Of a DNA stretch of 64,000 bases, positions 62,256-64,000 are shown one piece after another. The first letter of the stretch is position 1. Each line of letters starts with the position of its first letter. The DNA comes from Podarcis muralis (taxonomy: Eukaryota): contig NC_135667.1 in the NCBI RefSeq assembly GCF_964188315.1, positions 11,346,001 through 11,410,000 on the forward strand, given 5' to 3'. The notes under the pieces are model-generated. The model saw nothing but the letters and a program-made list of their open reading frames with translations, ran no database searches and was not told the origin of the DNA. The position numbers were made by a program, and so were the translations under genes.

Positions 62256-64000
62256 GACTTCCGGGTTAGCGCCATCGACTAATGGCGGATTCCCTCCGAG
62301 CTCCAGAGGGAATCGGCTCTGTAGGAGACGGGTCCTGCCGCGGCGACGACACAGGGACCCTCAGAAACTACAGGCGCTGAAGCCTGTGGACCTGGTGACT
62401 CGGCAGGCACCATTTGCGCCCCCCAACCCGCGAAGGAGCCTTTTTAAAGGCTTCGGAACGGGGGATGGGGTGAGCGGCGCGGTGCTGAGAGTCGACTGCT
62501 TCTCCTGCGGAGTGAAGCCGCATGCCATGGTCGGAGAGCGCTGACTTCTTCCTTTGAACAATCGGACCTCAAAATCAACAACCCGTGAGTAGTACGGAAA
62601 TTGGACTTCAAAGGAAAAATTTTTGAAAGGAAATTGGACTTGAAAGGAAAAATTTCTCTGAATTTGGCACGATCGGGGAAGGCGCAAAAAGGAAGTCCGT
62701 CTCCCCGTCCTGTAAAAAATTCAAAGCAAGGAATAGATAACTAAGGTCGAGAGAACTTCTTCTTCTTTATTGGATAAAAGCCATTAATTTCACGATTTGG
62801 CAGTATAAGTAATTTTACTGGAGGATAAGAGCCAATTTTGAGAGCTGAAGCGCCACCCCCCCGGACCCGGGAGTGATCCGCGAGAGAGCCTGTTGAGGAG
62901 ATATAGAAGAGTTTGACAGCTGTCAAATTAGCTGTCAAAGCTGAAAAAAGAGAACTTTGTTTCTATTGTCTCTGCTGGTTATATTTGTTACAATTTAGTT
63001 ATAAATTGTTGAAAACAAGGAAGAACTGATACAAACTAACTTGACTTTTGGTTTTGAACTGGAAGGAATATTAAGCAACCAGAATCCCTCTAGAGGGGGT
63101 TTTCGGACATTACAAGAATGGCTGAAGGAGGAAAAATTCAGGCTAAATTGGACAGAGTGTTTCTTCTCTTGGGAAAGTTACAAGGCCAAAGTGATGTTTT
63201 GGCTACAAATGTTGCAACCCTGAACTCAACAGTAAATAAACTCATTGAATTTGATAAGGACTTGACTCAGGAAGTTTATGCAGCTGGACAAGAAGACAAA
63301 ATTGAGAACATTGAGAGAGTGGAGAAAGAGATATATGTTGTTCCAGAGGAAAGGGAAGGAGGAGCTGCAATGCTGCAAATGACAAAGGAGAGCCAGAGGC
63401 CTGTCAAGATGGATATAAAAGAAAATAAGAACTGGATGATGAAAATCTGGTTTGAGCTGGAGAATGAAGAATGGAGAGATCTCCTTATGGGGAGATCTGA
63501 AGACCTATGGATTACAAATCTGATCAAGGTGGAAGCTGGAGCTTTTGGGACATTTGGACTTAAAAGGGGCAAGAAACAAGATTTGGGCTCCACTTTTAAA
63601 TATGGAGGTCTGGCTGGAAGAAACATGGACCCTATCGGGACAGAGCTTCTCCGAGATTTGGTGTTTAATATAAAGGACTATCAAAAAAACCGGCAGAGAG
63701 GAATTGAAAGAGAATTAAGAGCCTCGGACGTGAGGTCTCCAGGCTGATAGCAGATAGACTAGTCAATGGACACTCGTTGGGGATCAGAACCGGGAAAGGG
63801 GTGGGGTGGGGTTTGGGAATCCAAAGGGTGTACAATTATATTCTGTTTCTTTTTATTCTGTTTTGTTATTAGTATAAAAATTGGGTAATTCGTGGACGGA
63901 ATTTGGGTCGACTTTAGAAAAGGGTTTTAAGAATGAGCACTGACGTACAAATATTGATGTTTATAAGTTAAAATTGGTTAACTAAAATGAATTAAATATA
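62256..64000 (+). mobile_element. HAL1-like single-ORF retroposon, copy 2 (3' end beyond the window)
   Basis: Collinear with 41703-~43360 from gacttccgggtt through the ORF into the 3' UTR. Confidence 0.82.
63118..63747 (+). CDS. Uncharacterised 209-aa ORF of the HAL1-like element, copy 2
   Basis: Intact ORF; N-terminal heptad-like pattern (L18, V22, L25, V29, L32); ~66% identical to copy 1 over the last ~110 aa (hand count). Confidence 0.6.
   Translation: MAEGGKIQAKLDRVFLLLGKLQGQSDVLATNVATLNSTVNKLIEFDKDLTQEVYAAGQEDKIENIERVEKEIYVVPEEREGGAAMLQMTKESQRPVKMDIKENKNWMMKIWFELENEEWRDLLMGRSEDLWITNLIKVEAGAFGTFGLKRGKKQDLGSTFKYGGLAGRNMDPIGTELLRDLVFNIKDYQKNRQRGIERELRASDVRSPG

Noticed and set aside
1-64000. 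Possibility that A/B or C/D are false haplotype duplications from assembly
   Set aside because: The pairs differ by many amino acids and by numerous private TE insertions with TSDs, too much for alleles.
1-64000. CRISPR arrays, rRNA, operons or other prokaryotic systems
   Set aside because: None seen; the sequence is intron-containing vertebrate DNA.

Overview
Squamate reptile genomic DNA, probably a lacertid lizard (inferred from Sauria/Squam1 SINEs, a Squam3-type SINE with a (CTT)n tail, and Bov-B LINEs). The window is a head-to-tail, minus-strand tandem array of vomeronasal type-2 receptor (V2R, class C GPCR) genes with the canonical 6 coding exons. Gene A (2218-13408) has a nonsense codon in exon 5. 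Genes B (16075-28501), C (31936-39849) and D (44475-52332) reconstruct as intact 886-895 aa ORFs. Gene E (55206-59312) has only exons 4-6 in the window. A/B and C/D form two paralog pairs. Introns and spacers hold many TE fragments (L2, CR1, Bov-B, another RTE, RTE-X-like, L1 3' ends, solo LTRs, Tigger-like MITEs, SINEs), many with readable target-site duplications (TSDs) and empty sites in the paralog. The main unexplained item is a ~1.87 kb L1-style retroposon present twice (41703-43575 and 62256 to beyond 64000). It has a GC-rich 5' end, a single intact ~200-aa ORF with no RT or endonuclease, an AATAAA/poly(A) end, and a 20-bp TSD on copy 1; it may be a half-L1 (HAL1)-like family. Other signals: the same hypervariable window in exon 3 of both paralog pairs, a likely gene-conversion tract over exon 4 of A/B, and a conserved homeodomain+forkhead block upstream of all four complete genes. 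All coordinates and counts were read by hand; no searches were run.
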